Notes: a model not told the origin generated them from the letters alone. Counted from the stretch's first letter, positions 21,809-32,599 are shown. The stretch is DNA of 64,000 nucleotides from Alphaproteobacteria bacterium (GCA_046758065.1 JBHHZM010000001.1:7822-71821), one strand, 5' to 3'. Program-made: numbers and translations.

Positions 21809-24172
21809 CCCATGCCAGCCAAGGCGCTTTCCGCCGCCGAGATCGGCCTTCCCCGTTTCGACCCCGGGGACGCGCAGTCCGGCGAGGTGTTCGCGTTGTC
21901 GAGTCATCGCCGCGCGCGCGAGGCGCTCGAGTTCGGGCTCTCGGTGCCCGACCCGGGCTTCAACGTGTTCGTTCTCGGCGAGCGCCGCAGCGGCCGCATG
22001 ACGGCGACGCTCGGCTTTCTTGGCGACTACGTCGCCGACAAGCCGCCGCCCGACGACTGGATTTATCTCAACAACTTCCGCCGACCGCATCGCCCCAAGC
22101 CCTATCGCCTTCGGGCGGGCGAAGGACGCCGCCTGCGCGCCCGTCTTGCGCGGCTCGTGACCGAGTTGCGCGAGGCGCTGTCGGCGACCTTCGAAGGCGA
22201 GGCGTTTCAGGAGCGCCTGCGCCGCAGCGGCGAGACGTTGCGCGAAAGTCTCGCCCGCGAGATCGAGGCGGTGCGCGCGGACGCGCGGACGCGCGGGCTC
22301 GACGTGATCGAATCGGCAAACGGACCGGCGATCGTCGCCGTCGACGACGACGGCAGTCCGCTGTCCGGCGATCAAATCGCGCCCGAACGGCGCGCCGAGA
22401 CCGAAGCCGCCGCGCGTGAGATCGAGCAGCGTCTGCGCGAGGTAAACCGCGAAGCGGCGCGCCGTCGCACCGCGGTCGTCGAGGAAGTCCAGGGATTCCA
22501 GCGCGACGCCGCCGGGCGCGCTATCGCCGCACCGTTCGCCGCGGTCGAGGCGGCGTTCGACGGCCACCGGGGGCTGACGCGCTGGTTCGCCGAAATGCGT
22601 CGCGACGTGGTCGAGAACCTCGAGCTTTTCCGCGAACCGGCGAAAGGCGAAACCCCGCCGACCGGCGGCCCGCCCGAGCGCCGCTACGCCGTTAACCTGT
22701 TCGTCGACCACAGCGACGATCTCCATCCCGGCGTCATCGTCGAAGCCAATCCGACCTACCAGAACCTGTTCGGCCGCATCGAGTATCGCCAGGTCGGCGG
22801 CGCGCTCGATACCGACTTCACCCTGATCCGTTCCGGCGCGCTGCACCGCGCCAACGGCGGCTGTCTGGTGCTGCGCGCCGAGGACCTGACCGCGACGCCG
22901 GCGATCTGGGGCTTCCTCAAGAGCGCGCTGCGCGACCGCGAGGTCCGCATCGAGGAGGTCGGCCGCGGCGGCCCGCCGATCGCCGGCGCGCCCCGGCCCA
23001 AACCCATCCGCCTCGACGTCAAGCTGATCCTGATCGGCGGACCGGAGCACTACTACACCTTCTTCTCGCTCGATCCCGATTTCGAAAGCCACGTCAAGGT
23101 CAAGGCCGACATCGACGCGGACATGGAAGCCGACACCGATAACCTCGCCCGTTACGCGGGCCTGATCCGCGGCTTGGTCCGTGACCGGCTCGGGGTGGCG
23201 TGCGACGACGAAGCGGTTGCGCATCTCCTCGGCATGACCGCGCGCTGGGCCGGCGACCGCGGCAAGCTGAGCTCGCGGTTCGAGCTTCTCGAAGACGTCC
23301 TGACCGAAGCCGCGCAAGGTGACGGCGGCGCCCGACCGGACCGCATCACCGAACAAGCGGTGAAGACCGCCATCGCCAACCGGCGGCGGCGCAACGCCCG
23401 CGTCGAGGACCGCATGCAGGAGGCGATCGCGCGCGGTCGGGTGATGATCGCGACCACCGGCGCCGCCGTCGGCCAGGTCAACGCGCTCACCATCCGCGAC
23501 CTCGGCGACCATGCTTTCGGGGCGCCGAGCCGGGTCACCGCGCGGGCGAGCCCGGGCCGGCGAGGGGTCATCAACATCGAACGCGACGCCGACCTCGGCG
23601 GTCCGATCCAGCAGAAGGGGGTGATGGTGCTGCAAGGCTTCCTCGCCGGCCATTTCGCGCGCCGCTTCCCGCTGTCGTTCAACTGTTCGGTGACGTTCGA
23701 GCAGACCTACGGCGGGGTCGAGGGCGACAGCGCCTCGCTGGCCGAGCTTCTCGCCATCCTCTCCGACCTTGCCGGGGCGCCGCTGCGCCAGGACCTCGCG
23801 ATCACCGGCTCGGTCAACCAGCGCGGCGAGGCGCAGGCGATCGGCGGCGCCCATCACAAGGTCGAAGGGTTCTTCCGCACCTGCGACGACCGCGGCCTGA
23901 CCGGCGATCAGGGGGTCGCCGTGCCGGCCGCCAACGAAAGCGACCTCGTGCTCCGCGACGACGTGGCAGCGGCGGTGGCGAAGGGCCGCTTCCACGTCTA
24001 CAGCGTGACCGGCGTCGACGATGCGGTAACGCTGTTCACCGGCATCGAGGCGGGGGTCGCCGACGACGACGGGCGCTATCCGCCGGAGACGGTCTATGGC
24101 CGCGTCGCGACGCGGCTCGAGGCGTTCGACCGCATCCTCGCCGCGCGCGAAGGCGGCATGCTGCAAAGCTGA
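21809..24172 (+). CDS. Lon-like protease family protein (AAA+ -like N-terminal region plus C-terminal S16 Lon proteolytic domain)
   Basis: The C-terminal domain carries the Ser-Lys dyad context (VEGDSASLAELLA ... ITGSVNQRGEAQAIGGAHHKVEGF). The only Walker-A-like element is atypical (GERRSGRMT). The start is ambiguous, with 21692 GTG as an alternative. Confidence 0.8.
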   Translation, partial: PMPAKALSAAEIGLPRFDPGDAQSGEVFALSSHRRAREALEFGLSVPDPGFNVFVLGERRSGRMTATLGFLGDYVADKPPPDDWIYLNNFRRPHRPKPYRLRAGEGRRLRARLARLVTELREALSATFEGEAFQERLRRSGETLRESLAREIEAVRADARTRGLDVIESANGPAIVAVDDDGSPLSGDQIAPERRAETEAAAREIEQRLREVNREAARRRTAVVEEVQGFQRDAAGRAIAAPFAAVEAAFDGHRGLTRWFAEMRRDVVENLELFREPAKGETPPTGGPPERRYAVNLFVDHSDDLHPGVIVEANPTYQNLFGRIEYRQVGGALDTDFTLIRSGALHRANGGCLVLRAEDLTATPAIWGFLKSALRDREVRIEEVGRGGPPIAGAPRPKPIRLDVKLILIGGPEHYYTFFSLDPDFESHVKVKADIDADMEADTDNLARYAGLIRGLVRDRLGVACDDEAVAHLLGMTARWAGDRGKLSSRFELLEDVLTEAAQGDGGARPDRITEQAVKTAIANRRRRNARVEDRMQEAIARGRVMIATTGAAVGQVNALTIRDLGDHAFGAPSRVTARASPGRRGVINIERDADLGGPIQQKGVMVLQGFLAGHFARRFPLSFNCSVTFEQTYGGVEGDSASLAELLAILSDLAGAPLRQDLAITGSVNQRGEAQAIGGAHHKVEGFFRTCDDRGLTGDQGVAVPAANESDLVLRDDVAAAVAKGRFHVYSVTGVDDAVTLFTGIEAGVADDDGRYPPETVYGRVATRLEAFDRILAAREGGMLQS

Positions 24173-24283
24173 CCGGGGAAAAGGTACCCCGCACGGCGGC
24201 GCGTCCGCCGATTCATCGTTGGTTTACTCTTTTTTGTTTGTCTGAGTTGTATTTACCGGTCACCAGCCGCAGGAAGGGCGCAG

Positions 24284-25138
24284 GTGCACTCAGGTCTCAT
24301 CATACTCGCCGAGGACGACGACAAGCTCCGCAAGCTTTACTCCGACTATCTCGGCCACCAGGGTTTTACGATCGTCGCCGCCAAGAACGGCGCCGAGGTT
24401 CTGCCGCTGTTGCACAACCTCACCCCGAGCATTCTCATCCTCGACATCATGATGCCGAAAATGGACGGTATCGAAGCCTGCCGGCAGGCCCGCAAGATCA
24501 TTGGCGCGGACGTGCCCGTTATTTTCCTCACGGCGAGTGACGCCCTCGACCGGCTCCACGAATGCATGGCGGCGGGGGGCGACGATTATCTGATAAAGTC
24601 ATCGAAACTGAACGTCCTTCTGCAGCGCGTGATCCATTGGACGCGGGCGACCTCCCGCAGTGAGACCAAGCGCCGGCGCGCCGAAGTCCTCAAGGAAATC
24701 AAAGCGGCCGTGGAGAACGCCAAACTCGACGCCGATCACGGCCACGACCTGACCGCCGACAGCGACGACATGGTTCGCCAGATGTCCGAATTCATTGCGG
24801 CGGCGAGATCGGCGGCACCGGAAAAATTCGGCGGCACCGTCGAGGAAAAACGGTTTCTTCTCGGTTATGCGACCGGCGTTGCCGACCATTGGTCGGAGAA
24901 CGCCGCGACCATACGGCCGCGTTTCATGGCTTACCTGCGGGCGGTGCTGGCCGAATCGAACCTGCTGACGCAGGAAGAAATTTCGCAGATGCTGGGCGCC
25001 TTCGCCGAACTCTCGGCGGAGAGGCTGTTCAAGACGGCCCGGATACGCGGCCAGTACGACTGCCTCGAAGCGGAAAATCAGGGTTCCGAATTCATCCCCA
25101 CGGGGCTCGCCAAGTTCGCGCAGTCGGCAGCCGCCTGA
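24284..25138 (+). CDS. Response regulator (REC domain) with an uncharacterised C-terminal output domain of about 160 aa
   Basis: The REC domain has the acidic pocket DD ... phospho-acceptor D (ILILDIMMPKMDG) ... K (DDYLIKS). The C-terminal half has no recognisable motif. Confidence 0.8.
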   Translation: MHSGLIILAEDDDKLRKLYSDYLGHQGFTIVAAKNGAEVLPLLHNLTPSILILDIMMPKMDGIEACRQARKIIGADVPVIFLTASDALDRLHECMAAGGDDYLIKSSKLNVLLQRVIHWTRATSRSETKRRRAEVLKEIKAAVENAKLDADHGHDLTADSDDMVRQMSEFIAAARSAAPEKFGGTVEEKRFLLGYATGVADHWSENAATIRPRFMAYLRAVLAESNLLTQEEISQMLGAFAELSAERLFKTARIRGQYDCLEAENQGSEFIPTGLAKFAQSAAA

Positions 25139-25151
25139 TCCTTGTCGGGGC

Positions 25152-26816
25152 TCAGGACACCCGGCGTTGCTGGATCGGGCCCACGCCCATCGTCGGCTCG
25201 CCGAAGAGATACCCCTGACCATAGCGCACCCCCGCTTCCTGCAGGAAGGCGGCGACGTCCTCGTTCTCGACCATTTCCCCCACCGTATCGATGTCGAGCT
25301 CGTGGCACAGGTTCGCCATCGACCTGAGGAACGCCTTGCCGTTGGGCTTGGTCAATGATTCACGTACATAGACGCCGTCGATCTTGACGTAATCGACGTC
25401 GAGGGCGCGCAGGTACTGGAAGGCCGCCGAACCGGCGCCGAAGTCGTCGAGGCATATTTGGTGCCCGCGCGCGCGGAGCCCGCGGAGAATATCGTTGATC
25501 GCATCGAGGTCCTTGATCTTCCATGATTCGGTGACCTCGAACAAAAGCTGATTGCGCATCGACCCACAGCCTTCGAGCAGCTTGTGCAATTTGTCGACGA
25601 ACGCCGGGCTGGTGAGCGAGCGCGCCGAGAGGTTGACGGCGACACTGATGTCGCCGCCGCTCTGGTGTGCGCTCCTGATCTTGTCGATGACCTTGCGGCA
25701 CATCGTGAGGTCGAATTCTGCGATCAGTCCGACTCCCTCGAGGAAGCTGATGAACTTGAACGTCGACGGCTCCAGCGTCGTATCCTGCACTCTTACGAGC
25801 GCCTCGTAATGATGCACCTCGCGCGTCGCCAGGTCGACGATCGGCTGAAACACCTGATCGTATGCTCCGGTCGTTATAATCTGCTTGCAGGCGTTCATTC
25901 TCTTACGCGTCTCGTCGAGCATCAGCTTGTAGCTCTCGGAGAGATCGGTGATCGTGAAGTCGCCGTGCGATTCAGAGAATTTGTTGATGGTGTAGATCAA
26001 TGCCTGGGCGCAATCGGCCTCGGAGGCGTCATCGGCTTCGAGCTCCATCGTCGTCGTCGCCACGTTCAGCCCTTCGTCCGCCGGGTCGAGATCGGCGGCG
26101 TGCTGCACGATCATCTGTTCGAGCGCGGCGACATCGAGCCCGGGCTCGTGGACAAGACCGTATTGTTCGTCGTCGAGCCGCCCCGCCGAGGAGCCATTGA
26201 CCGAACTGGCTTTCAGGTAGGTCGTGATGCTGCTGACGAGTTCGTCGGTACGCTCGGCGTCGAGCCGCTTCTTGAGGTCCTCCAGACCCTCGAAGCTGAG
26301 CAGCGTCATGTTGTACGCGTGGTCGTGATCCTTGCCGGCGGCGAGGGCCTCGGTGGCGATCCGTGAGAAAGCGTCCTTGTCGAGAAGGCCGGTTTCCCGA
26401 TCGTCGGCGCGTTGGTCTCCGATCTTCTCGCCCACCCCGATCCGCGGAGCGCTCAGGGCGAGGAACACACGCCCTTCGTAGCCCGGGAGTGCCAGGCCGA
26501 CCATGGTGACGCGCCGCGGAGTGCCGTTTCGTTGCAGAAAGCGGACGTCGATGGGGCCGAAGCGTCCCTCCGTGGTCGGAATCATCGTCGCCGCCCTGAC
26601 CAGTCCGTGGTCGGCACCGATCACCAGATCGAACAGCGAGACTCCCGTCAAACGCTCCGGCGCGCACCCCGTAAGCCACTGGATGGCGCCGTCGGCGTAT
26701 TTGATCGATTGCTCGGCGTCCACTTCGAGAAAGGCGTCCGCGGCGGCGAAGGCGAACGCGACGAAGCGGTTGCGCTCGTATCGCCAGTTAACGCCGTCCT
26801 TGGAAGGGGTGACCAT
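25152..26816 (-). CDS. c-di-GMP phosphodiesterase-type signalling protein (PAS-like domain, degenerate GGDEF-like region, then EAL)
   Basis: EAL motifs are present (YEALVR, FEVTES, DDFGAG, QGYLFG). The middle region is GGDEF-like but lacks the GG(D/E)EF motif. Confidence 0.8.
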   Translation of the reverse strand: MVTPSKDGVNWRYERNRFVAFAFAAADAFLEVDAEQSIKYADGAIQWLTGCAPERLTGVSLFDLVIGADHGLVRAATMIPTTEGRFGPIDVRFLQRNGTPRRVTMVGLALPGYEGRVFLALSAPRIGVGEKIGDQRADDRETGLLDKDAFSRIATEALAAGKDHDHAYNMTLLSFEGLEDLKKRLDAERTDELVSSITTYLKASSVNGSSAGRLDDEQYGLVHEPGLDVAALEQMIVQHAADLDPADEGLNVATTTMELEADDASEADCAQALIYTINKFSESHGDFTITDLSESYKLMLDETRKRMNACKQIITTGAYDQVFQPIVDLATREVHHYEALVRVQDTTLEPSTFKFISFLEGVGLIAEFDLTMCRKVIDKIRSAHQSGGDISVAVNLSARSLTSPAFVDKLHKLLEGCGSMRNQLLFEVTESWKIKDLDAINDILRGLRARGHQICLDDFGAGSAAFQYLRALDVDYVKIDGVYVRESLTKPNGKAFLRSMANLCHELDIDTVGEMVENEDVAAFLQEAGVRYGQGYLFGEPTMGVGPIQQRRVS

Positions 26817-27064
26817 CGTGCCGGGGTTCGCCTGCTGACGCGCGGTGGACTCGCAATGACCGCCTGTCCGGCAAAGGCCACTGGTTGCCAAATAGCTCTA
26901 TATACATCGATAATGAATCATCGCTTAAAGGATCACACTGGACTTCTGCTCCTATACATCAGGCGTAGGATGAATCATTCCTCCGAACGAAGAACGCCGT
27001 ATTGCGTGCGACGGTCGGCGGGTCCGCGCTCAAAATCGTAACCGCCCGGGCGACGGGAGGAGCC

Positions 27065-28183
27065 ATGCCCCGTATTCGAGATCTCGGCCTCTGCCGCGGT
27101 GCCCTGCCGGCCGGCGCGCACAACGCCATCACCGACGTCGCCGGCGTGGCGGTGGGACATTGCACCGTCATCGAAGGCGACGGTCGCTGGGAGGGCCGCG
27201 GCCCGTTTCGCACCGGCGTCACGGTGATCCTGCCCCATACCGGCAATCTCTACGAAGACAAGGTCGCGGCCGCGGTCCACGTGATCAACGGCTTCGGCAA
27301 ATACGCCGGGTTCGAGCAGGTGCGCGAAACCGGCAATATCGAGACTCCGATCGCGTTGACCAGCACGCTCAACACGCCGCGCGTCGCTGACGCGCTCATC
27401 ACGCTCGCGATCGAAGAAAACCCGTACATCGGGGTTGGTTTCGAGGTGTCGGGCCGCCAGGGCTACGCCAGCGTCAATCCGGTGGTCGGCGAATGCACCG
27501 ACGGATACTTAAGCGACGTGCACGCGCGGCGCATCGGCGAGACGGAGGTCCGCACGGCGGTATCCGAAGCGACCGCCGGCCCGGTCGCACAAGGCAGCGT
27601 CGGCGGCGGCACCGGTATGAGCTGTTTTGAATGGAAGGGCGGCATCGGCACCGCCAGCCGCGTCGCGCCTGCGAAGGCCGGCGGTTTCACCGTCGGCGTG
27701 CTGGTGCAGACCAATTTCGGCCGCGCTTCCGAACTCGTCGTTTCCGGCGTGCCGGTGGGTCGACACATCGTTCCGCCGAACGCCCGGGCGCAGGACGATG
27801 ACGGCTCGATCATGATCGTGATCGCGACCGATGCGCCGCTCGACGGGCGGCAATTGGAACGGCTGTCGAGGCGCGCCGCATTCGGGCTCGCCCGCACCGG
27901 CAGCACCTGCCACACCGGCAGCGGCGACGTCGTGATCGCCTTCAGCACCGCCTACCGCATCCCCGACCGTCCCGAATCGCCGCTCCTGTCGCGCCCGACC
28001 CTCGCCAACGAACACCGGGTGCTGACCGCGCTCGGTCAGGCGGTCATCGAGGCGGTGGAAGAGGCGATCCTCGACAGCATGTTCATGTCCGGGACGATGG
28101 TCGGGCGCGACGGCAACACGCGCCACGGCCTGCCGGTCGACAACGTGGTCGAGCTGGTAAAGAGCTACCGCTTCGGCGCCTGA
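27065..28183 (+). CDS. P1 (DmpA/OAT, S58) family aminopeptidase / D-esterase-like protein
   Basis: DmpA-family layout is present, with the self-processing region GGGTGMSCFEWKGGIGTAS. The start was chosen at MPRIRDLGL. Confidence 0.8.
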   Translation: MPRIRDLGLCRGALPAGAHNAITDVAGVAVGHCTVIEGDGRWEGRGPFRTGVTVILPHTGNLYEDKVAAAVHVINGFGKYAGFEQVRETGNIETPIALTSTLNTPRVADALITLAIEENPYIGVGFEVSGRQGYASVNPVVGECTDGYLSDVHARRIGETEVRTAVSEATAGPVAQGSVGGGTGMSCFEWKGGIGTASRVAPAKAGGFTVGVLVQTNFGRASELVVSGVPVGRHIVPPNARAQDDDGSIMIVIATDAPLDGRQLERLSRRAAFGLARTGSTCHTGSGDVVIAFSTAYRIPDRPESPLLSRPTLANEHRVLTALGQAVIEAVEEAILDSMFMSGTMVGRDGNTRHGLPVDNVVELVKSYRFGA

Positions 28184-28346
28184 CGACGCGCGCCCGACCC
28201 GGCGCCCGGCCCCGGCACCCCGACTGTCACCGTCTTGAGAACACGCGCCGCCGCCCGAAGGTTAAGCCGTCGTTAAGCCGGCCGGGCTACAACGGAAGCG
28301 GGCGCCCCGGCGTCCCGTATCGGCCCGCAACGGAAAAGACGCCGCC

Positions 28347-28925
28347 TTGAAGAAGATCGCGTTCGCTTTCCTTCTGACTTTCCTGCTGTCGGCGCCCGCC
28401 CGGGCGGGCCTCAACGCGGGCGTTACGGCTTACGAGCGCGGCGATTACACGACCGCCCTCAAGGAGCTTTCACCGCTCGCCGAGGAGGGCGACGCGGCCG
28501 CCCAATACTACCTCGGGGCACTCTACGAAAGCGGGTTCGACGCCGCGCCCGACTACGACAAGGCAATCGGCTGGTACCGCCGCGCGGCGGCGCAGCGGTT
28601 CGCCAGGGCGCAGTATCATCTCGGTCAGCTCTACGAGATCGGCGAAGGCGTCGAGCGCGATTACACGCAGGCCGCCGAATGGTACCGGCGCGCCGCGAAG
28701 GGAGGCTACGCCCCCGCGCAGAGCAATCTCGCGCGCCTTTACCTGAAGGGTCTGGGGGTGGCGCAAGACTACTATCAGTCGTACCTGTGGGCCATGATCG
28801 CGATGCAGCAGGGCTATACGCCGGCCAAGAAGCACAGCAAGAAGGCGGCGGTGCGCCTGTCGTCCGGCGCGATGACCGACGCCCAGCAGCGCGCGCGCAA
28901 GTGGCTGGAGGATCGGGCGCAGTAG
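28347..28925 (+). CDS. Secreted Sel1-repeat (TPR-like) protein
   Basis: A signal peptide (MKKIAFAFLLTFLLSAPARAG) is followed by four Sel1 repeats (AQYxLGxLYExGxGVxxDYxxAxxWYRRAA). Confidence 0.8.
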   Translation: MKKIAFAFLLTFLLSAPARAGLNAGVTAYERGDYTTALKELSPLAEEGDAAAQYYLGALYESGFDAAPDYDKAIGWYRRAAAQRFARAQYHLGQLYEIGEGVERDYTQAAEWYRRAAKGGYAPAQSNLARLYLKGLGVAQDYYQSYLWAMIAMQQGYTPAKKHSKKAAVRLSSGAMTDAQQRARKWLEDRAQ

Positions 28926-29036
28926 CACGACCGCGCTGATCCCTTGACCGTTTGACCCGGCGCTCCCTAGACTCTTCGAACCGACCGGCCAAACTCCGAA
29001 CGATCGCCGGCGGCGAGGGCCCAAGGGGAGGGTGCC

Positions 29037-30689
29037 ATGCACGGCCTGATGATGGACACGCCCCTGATGGTCTCGTCGATCATCAGGTATGCCGCCAACT
29101 GCCACGGCGCGACCGAGATCGTTTCGCGCACGGTCGAGGGGCCGATCCACCGCTATACCTATCGCGACTGCTACCGTCGGGTGCAACGGCTCGCCAACGC
29201 GCTCACGGCGCTGGGCGCGAAGCCCGACGACCGCATCGCCACGCTGGCGTGGAACGGCTACCGCCATTTCGAGCTCTACTACGCGATCTCCGGCGTCGGC
29301 GCGGTCTGCCACACCATCAACCCGCGGCTGTTCGCCGAACAGATCGTCTACATCGTCAACCACGCCGCGGACCGCTTCGTCTTCGTCGATCTCGATCTGG
29401 TGCCGCTGGTCGAACGGCTCGCCGGGTGCTTCGCCGGCGTCGAGGGTTTCGTCGTCATGACCGACGAGGCGCATATGCCCGAAACCACGCTGCTCGGCGC
29501 GCTCTGTTACGAGACGCTGATCGGCGGGCAGCCCGGGCGCTTCGACTGGCCCGAGTTCGACGAACGCCAGGCGGCGGCGCTGTGCTACACCTCGGGCACC
29601 ACGGGCGAGCCCAAGGGCGTGCTCTACAGCCACCGCTCGACGGTGCTTCACGCCTTCGGCTTCCTCGCCAGTGCTTCCGGGTTCAGCGCGCAGGATACGG
29701 TGCTGCCGGTGGTGCCCATGTTCCACGTCAACGCCTGGGGGGCGCCCTATTCGGCGGCGGTCTGCGGCGCCAAGCTCGTCTTCGCCGGAACGAGGCTCGA
29801 CGGCGCGAGCCTTCACGAATTGCTCGCCGGCGAACGGGTGACCGTATCGCTGGGCGTGCCCACGGTGTGGCTCGCGCTGGTCGAGTATCTGCGCGAGACC
29901 GGCAAGCGTCTCGACGATCTGCGCATGCTCGTCATCGGCGGGGCGGCGCCGCCGCTCTCGCTGATCACCGCGCTCGAAGAGGAGTACGGCGTCGACGTCT
30001 GGCATGGCTGGGGCATGACCGAGACCAGCCCGGTGGGGGCGGTCGGCATCCACCGTCACGCTCTCGCGGGTCTCGACCGCGACGACCGGCTCCGGCTCAA
30101 GCTCAAGCAGGGGCAGAGGTTCTTCGGCGTCGATATGAAGATCGTCGACGACGCGGGGCGCGAACTGCCGCAGGACGGCGTTGCGGAGGGCGAACTCCTG
30201 GTGCGCGGGCCCTGGATCGCCGGCGGCTACTACCGCAACGCGGCGGCGACCGCCGCGGCCTTCGACGACGACGGCTGGTTCCGCACCGGCGACGTCGCCA
30301 CGATCGATCCCGACGGCCATGTACGCATCACCGATCGCGCCAAGGACCTGATCAAGTCGGGGGGCGAGTGGATCAGCTCGATCGACCTCGAGAACGCGGC
30401 CATGGCGCATCCCGACGTCGCCCGCGTCGCGGCCATCGCGCTGCCGCATCCGAAGTGGGGCGAGCGACCGCTGCTCGTCGTCGTGCCGCGCGAGGGCGCC
30501 GCGCCGACGCGCGACGACATCATCGGTTTCCTCGCGGGCAAGGTCGCCAAATGGTGGCTGCCCGACGATGTGGTCTTTGCCGACGATCTGCCGCTCTCGG
30601 CGACCGGCAAGGTCTCGAAGATCGCGCTGCGCGAAACCTATCGCGACCACCCGTTGCCGACGGTCGCGAAGACGCGGCACGGCGCGTAA
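29037..30689 (+). CDS. AMP-dependent synthetase / fatty-acid--CoA ligase
   Basis: The AMP-binding signature ([12 protein letters not shown]) and ANL-family C-terminal motifs are present. Confidence 0.85.
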   Translation: MHGLMMDTPLMVSSIIRYAANCHGATEIVSRTVEGPIHRYTYRDCYRRVQRLANALTALGAKPDDRIATLAWNGYRHFELYYAISGVGAVCHTINPRLFAEQIVYIVNHAADRFVFVDLDLVPLVERLAGCFAGVEGFVVMTDEAHMPETTLLGALCYETLIGGQPGRFDWPEFDERQAAALCYTSGTTGEPKGVLYSHRSTVLHAFGFLASASGFSAQDTVLPVVPMFHVNAWGAPYSAAVCGAKLVFAGTRLDGASLHELLAGERVTVSLGVPTVWLALVEYLRETGKRLDDLRMLVIGGAAPPLSLITALEEEYGVDVWHGWGMTETSPVGAVGIHRHALAGLDRDDRLRLKLKQGQRFFGVDMKIVDDAGRELPQDGVAEGELLVRGPWIAGGYYRNAAATAAAFDDDGWFRTGDVATIDPDGHVRITDRAKDLIKSGGEWISSIDLENAAMAHPDVARVAAIALPHPKWGERPLLVVVPREGAAPTRDDIIGFLAGKVAKWWLPDDVVFADDLPLSATGKVSKIALRETYRDHPLPTVAKTRHGA

Positions 30690-30725
30690 CCGTCGGACGG
30701 AAAGGCCAGCGGGGAGGAAATCCGG

Positions 30726-31490
30726 ATGGAAAGCCTGGACGGCAAGGTCGCCTGGGTAACCGGCGGCGGCAGCGGCATCGGCCGGGCGGCGGCGCTTGCG
30801 CTCGCCGGCGCCGGCGCGCGCATCGTGCTCTCGGGCCGGCGCGAGGCCCGGCTCGGCGACACCGCACGCGAGATCGCCGAGGCCGGCGGCGAGGCCGTGG
30901 TCGAACCGCTCGACGTCAGCGAGCGCGCGGCCGTTGCCACGGCGGCGAAGCGGATCGGGGACCGGTTCGGCCGGCTCGACATCCTGCTCAACAATGCCGG
31001 TCTCAACACCGTGCGCCGGCGGTTCGCCGATCTCGATCCCGAGACCTGGCGCCGTGTCGTCGACGTCAATCTCAACGGCGCCTTCTACTGCGCCGCCGCG
31101 GCGCTGCCGATGATGCGCGACCGGGGCGAGGGCCTGATCATCAACGTCAGCTCCTGGGCGGGACGTTACAACTCGGTCGTCAGCGGGCCGGCCTACGGCG
31201 CGGCGAAGCACGGCATGCTGGCGCTCAACGCCAGCCTCAATATGGAGGAATGCCGCCACGGCATCCGCGCTTGCGCCATCTGTCCCGGCGAAGTCAACAC
31301 CCCGATCCTCGACCAGCGGCCGGCGCCGCTCGGCGACGAGGAGAAGGCGCGCATGCTCCAGCCCGAGGACCTGGCCGAAATCGTGCTGTTCGTCGCTCGC
31401 ATGCCACGTCACGTCTGTCTCAACGAGATTCTCGTCAGCCCGACCTGGAACCGCAGTTTCATCGGGTTGACGATCCCCGGGCCGGCGTGA
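30726..31490 (+). CDS. SDR family oxidoreductase
   Basis: It has the TGGGSGIGRA Rossmann motif, an NNAG motif and a YGAAK catalytic motif. Confidence 0.85.
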   Translation: MESLDGKVAWVTGGGSGIGRAAALALAGAGARIVLSGRREARLGDTAREIAEAGGEAVVEPLDVSERAAVATAAKRIGDRFGRLDILLNNAGLNTVRRRFADLDPETWRRVVDVNLNGAFYCAAAALPMMRDRGEGLIINVSSWAGRYNSVVSGPAYGAAKHGMLALNASLNMEECRHGIRACAICPGEVNTPILDQRPAPLGDEEKARMLQPEDLAEIVLFVARMPRHVCLNEILVSPTWNRSFIGLTIPGPA

Positions 31491-31504
31491 ACGCCGCGGC
31501 GCCG

Positions 31505-32599
31505 ATGACCGTTCCGGTCGAGAAGGCGTGGATCGAGCGGCTGGTTGCCGACATCTTCGTTGCCGCGGGCTGTTCGGGCGTCGAAGCGGCGGCGATCGCC
31601 GGGCGACTCGTCGAGGCCAATCTCGCGGGGCACGACAGCCACGGCGTCATCCGCGTGCCGCGCTACGTCAAGATGCTGCGTGAGGGCGAGGTCTTTCCCG
31701 ACCGCACCATGACGGTGGTCAGCGAGAACGCTGCAATGGCCGTGGTCGACGGCAACCTCGGCTTCGGTCAGACGATCGGGCCGCAGGCGGTGCGGCTCGG
31801 CATCGACAAGGCGCGGGCAGGCGGCGTCGCGGTCGTTGCGCTCAGACGCGCGGGCCATCTCGGCCGCATTGGCGACTGGGCGGAGATGGCGGCCGAGGCC
31901 GGGTTTGTCTCGCTCCATTTCGTCAATGTTTCGGGAAGCCTTCTGGTGGCGCCGTTCGGCGGGGTCGAGCGCCGGCTGGGGACCAATCCGGTGGCGATCG
32001 GCGTACCGCTGGCGGGCGCGCCGCCGCTGGTCCTCGACTTCGCCACCTCGGTCGTCGCCGAGGGCAAGGCGCTGGTCGCGTTCCAAGGCGGCCCGGCGTT
32101 GCCCGAGGGCAGCCTGATCGACGACGACGGCAAGCCGACCGCCGACCCCGGCGCGTTCTACGGCGCGGCCGGCGCGGATACGCCGCCGAGCGCGCGCCGC
32201 GGCCGGGGCGCGTTGCGTGCCATGGGCGAGCACAAGGGTTCGGGCCTTTCGTTCATGTGCGAGATACTTGCCGGCGCGCTTGCCGGCTCGGGCTGCGCCG
32301 CTTCCGACAAGCACCATGTCTTCAACGGCATGCTGTCGGTCTACATGGACGTCGCCGCCTTCGACGCGCAGCACGCCTTCGCCGCCGAGGTGCGCCGCTT
32401 CGTCGATTTTTTCAAGAGCGCCCGGCCGGCGTGCGCGGGCGGCGAGGTCCTCGTCCCCGGCGAGATCGAGCGCCGGCGACGCGCCGAACGTCTGGCCCGC
32501 GGCATCCCGCTGAGCGAGACGACGCGACGGGTGCTGGCCGATGCCGCGCGCAGCGTTGGCCTGGACGAAGCGCGCATCGGCGCGGGACTTGGTCTCTGA
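31505..32599 (+). CDS. Ldh_2 family (malate / L-lactate / L-sulfolactate dehydrogenase type 2) oxidoreductase
   Basis: Family motifs are present (GHDSHGVIRVPRYV, GTNPVAIGVP, GEHKGSGLSFMCEILAG). Its true part is the C-terminal portion of the 1215-aa off-frame ORF. Confidence 0.8.
   Translation: MTVPVEKAWIERLVADIFVAAGCSGVEAAAIAGRLVEANLAGHDSHGVIRVPRYVKMLREGEVFPDRTMTVVSENAAMAVVDGNLGFGQTIGPQAVRLGIDKARAGGVAVVALRRAGHLGRIGDWAEMAAEAGFVSLHFVNVSGSLLVAPFGGVERRLGTNPVAIGVPLAGAPPLVLDFATSVVAEGKALVAFQGGPALPEGSLIDDDGKPTADPGAFYGAAGADTPPSARRGRGALRAMGEHKGSGLSFMCEILAGALAGSGCAASDKHHVFNGMLSVYMDVAAFDAQHAFAAEVRRFVDFFKSARPACAGGEVLVPGEIERRRRAERLARGIPLSETTRRVLADAARSVGLDEARIGAGLGL

Noticed and set aside
21809-24172. Lon-like protease as BREX BrxL
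   Set aside because: No other BREX components (PglZ, BrxC, methyltransferase) are nearby. The flanking genes are signalling and metabolic.
28470-31412. 980-aa minus-strand ORF antisense to the fatty-acid-CoA ligase and SDR genes
   Set aside because: It is a high-GC antisense artefact with no conserved motifs.
28952-32599. 1215-aa plus-strand ORF spanning fadD-like, SDR and Ldh_2 genes
   Set aside because: Only its last 364 aa (the Ldh_2 protein) are real. The rest is an out-of-frame read-through of two other well-supported genes with a biased R/G/A/P composition.
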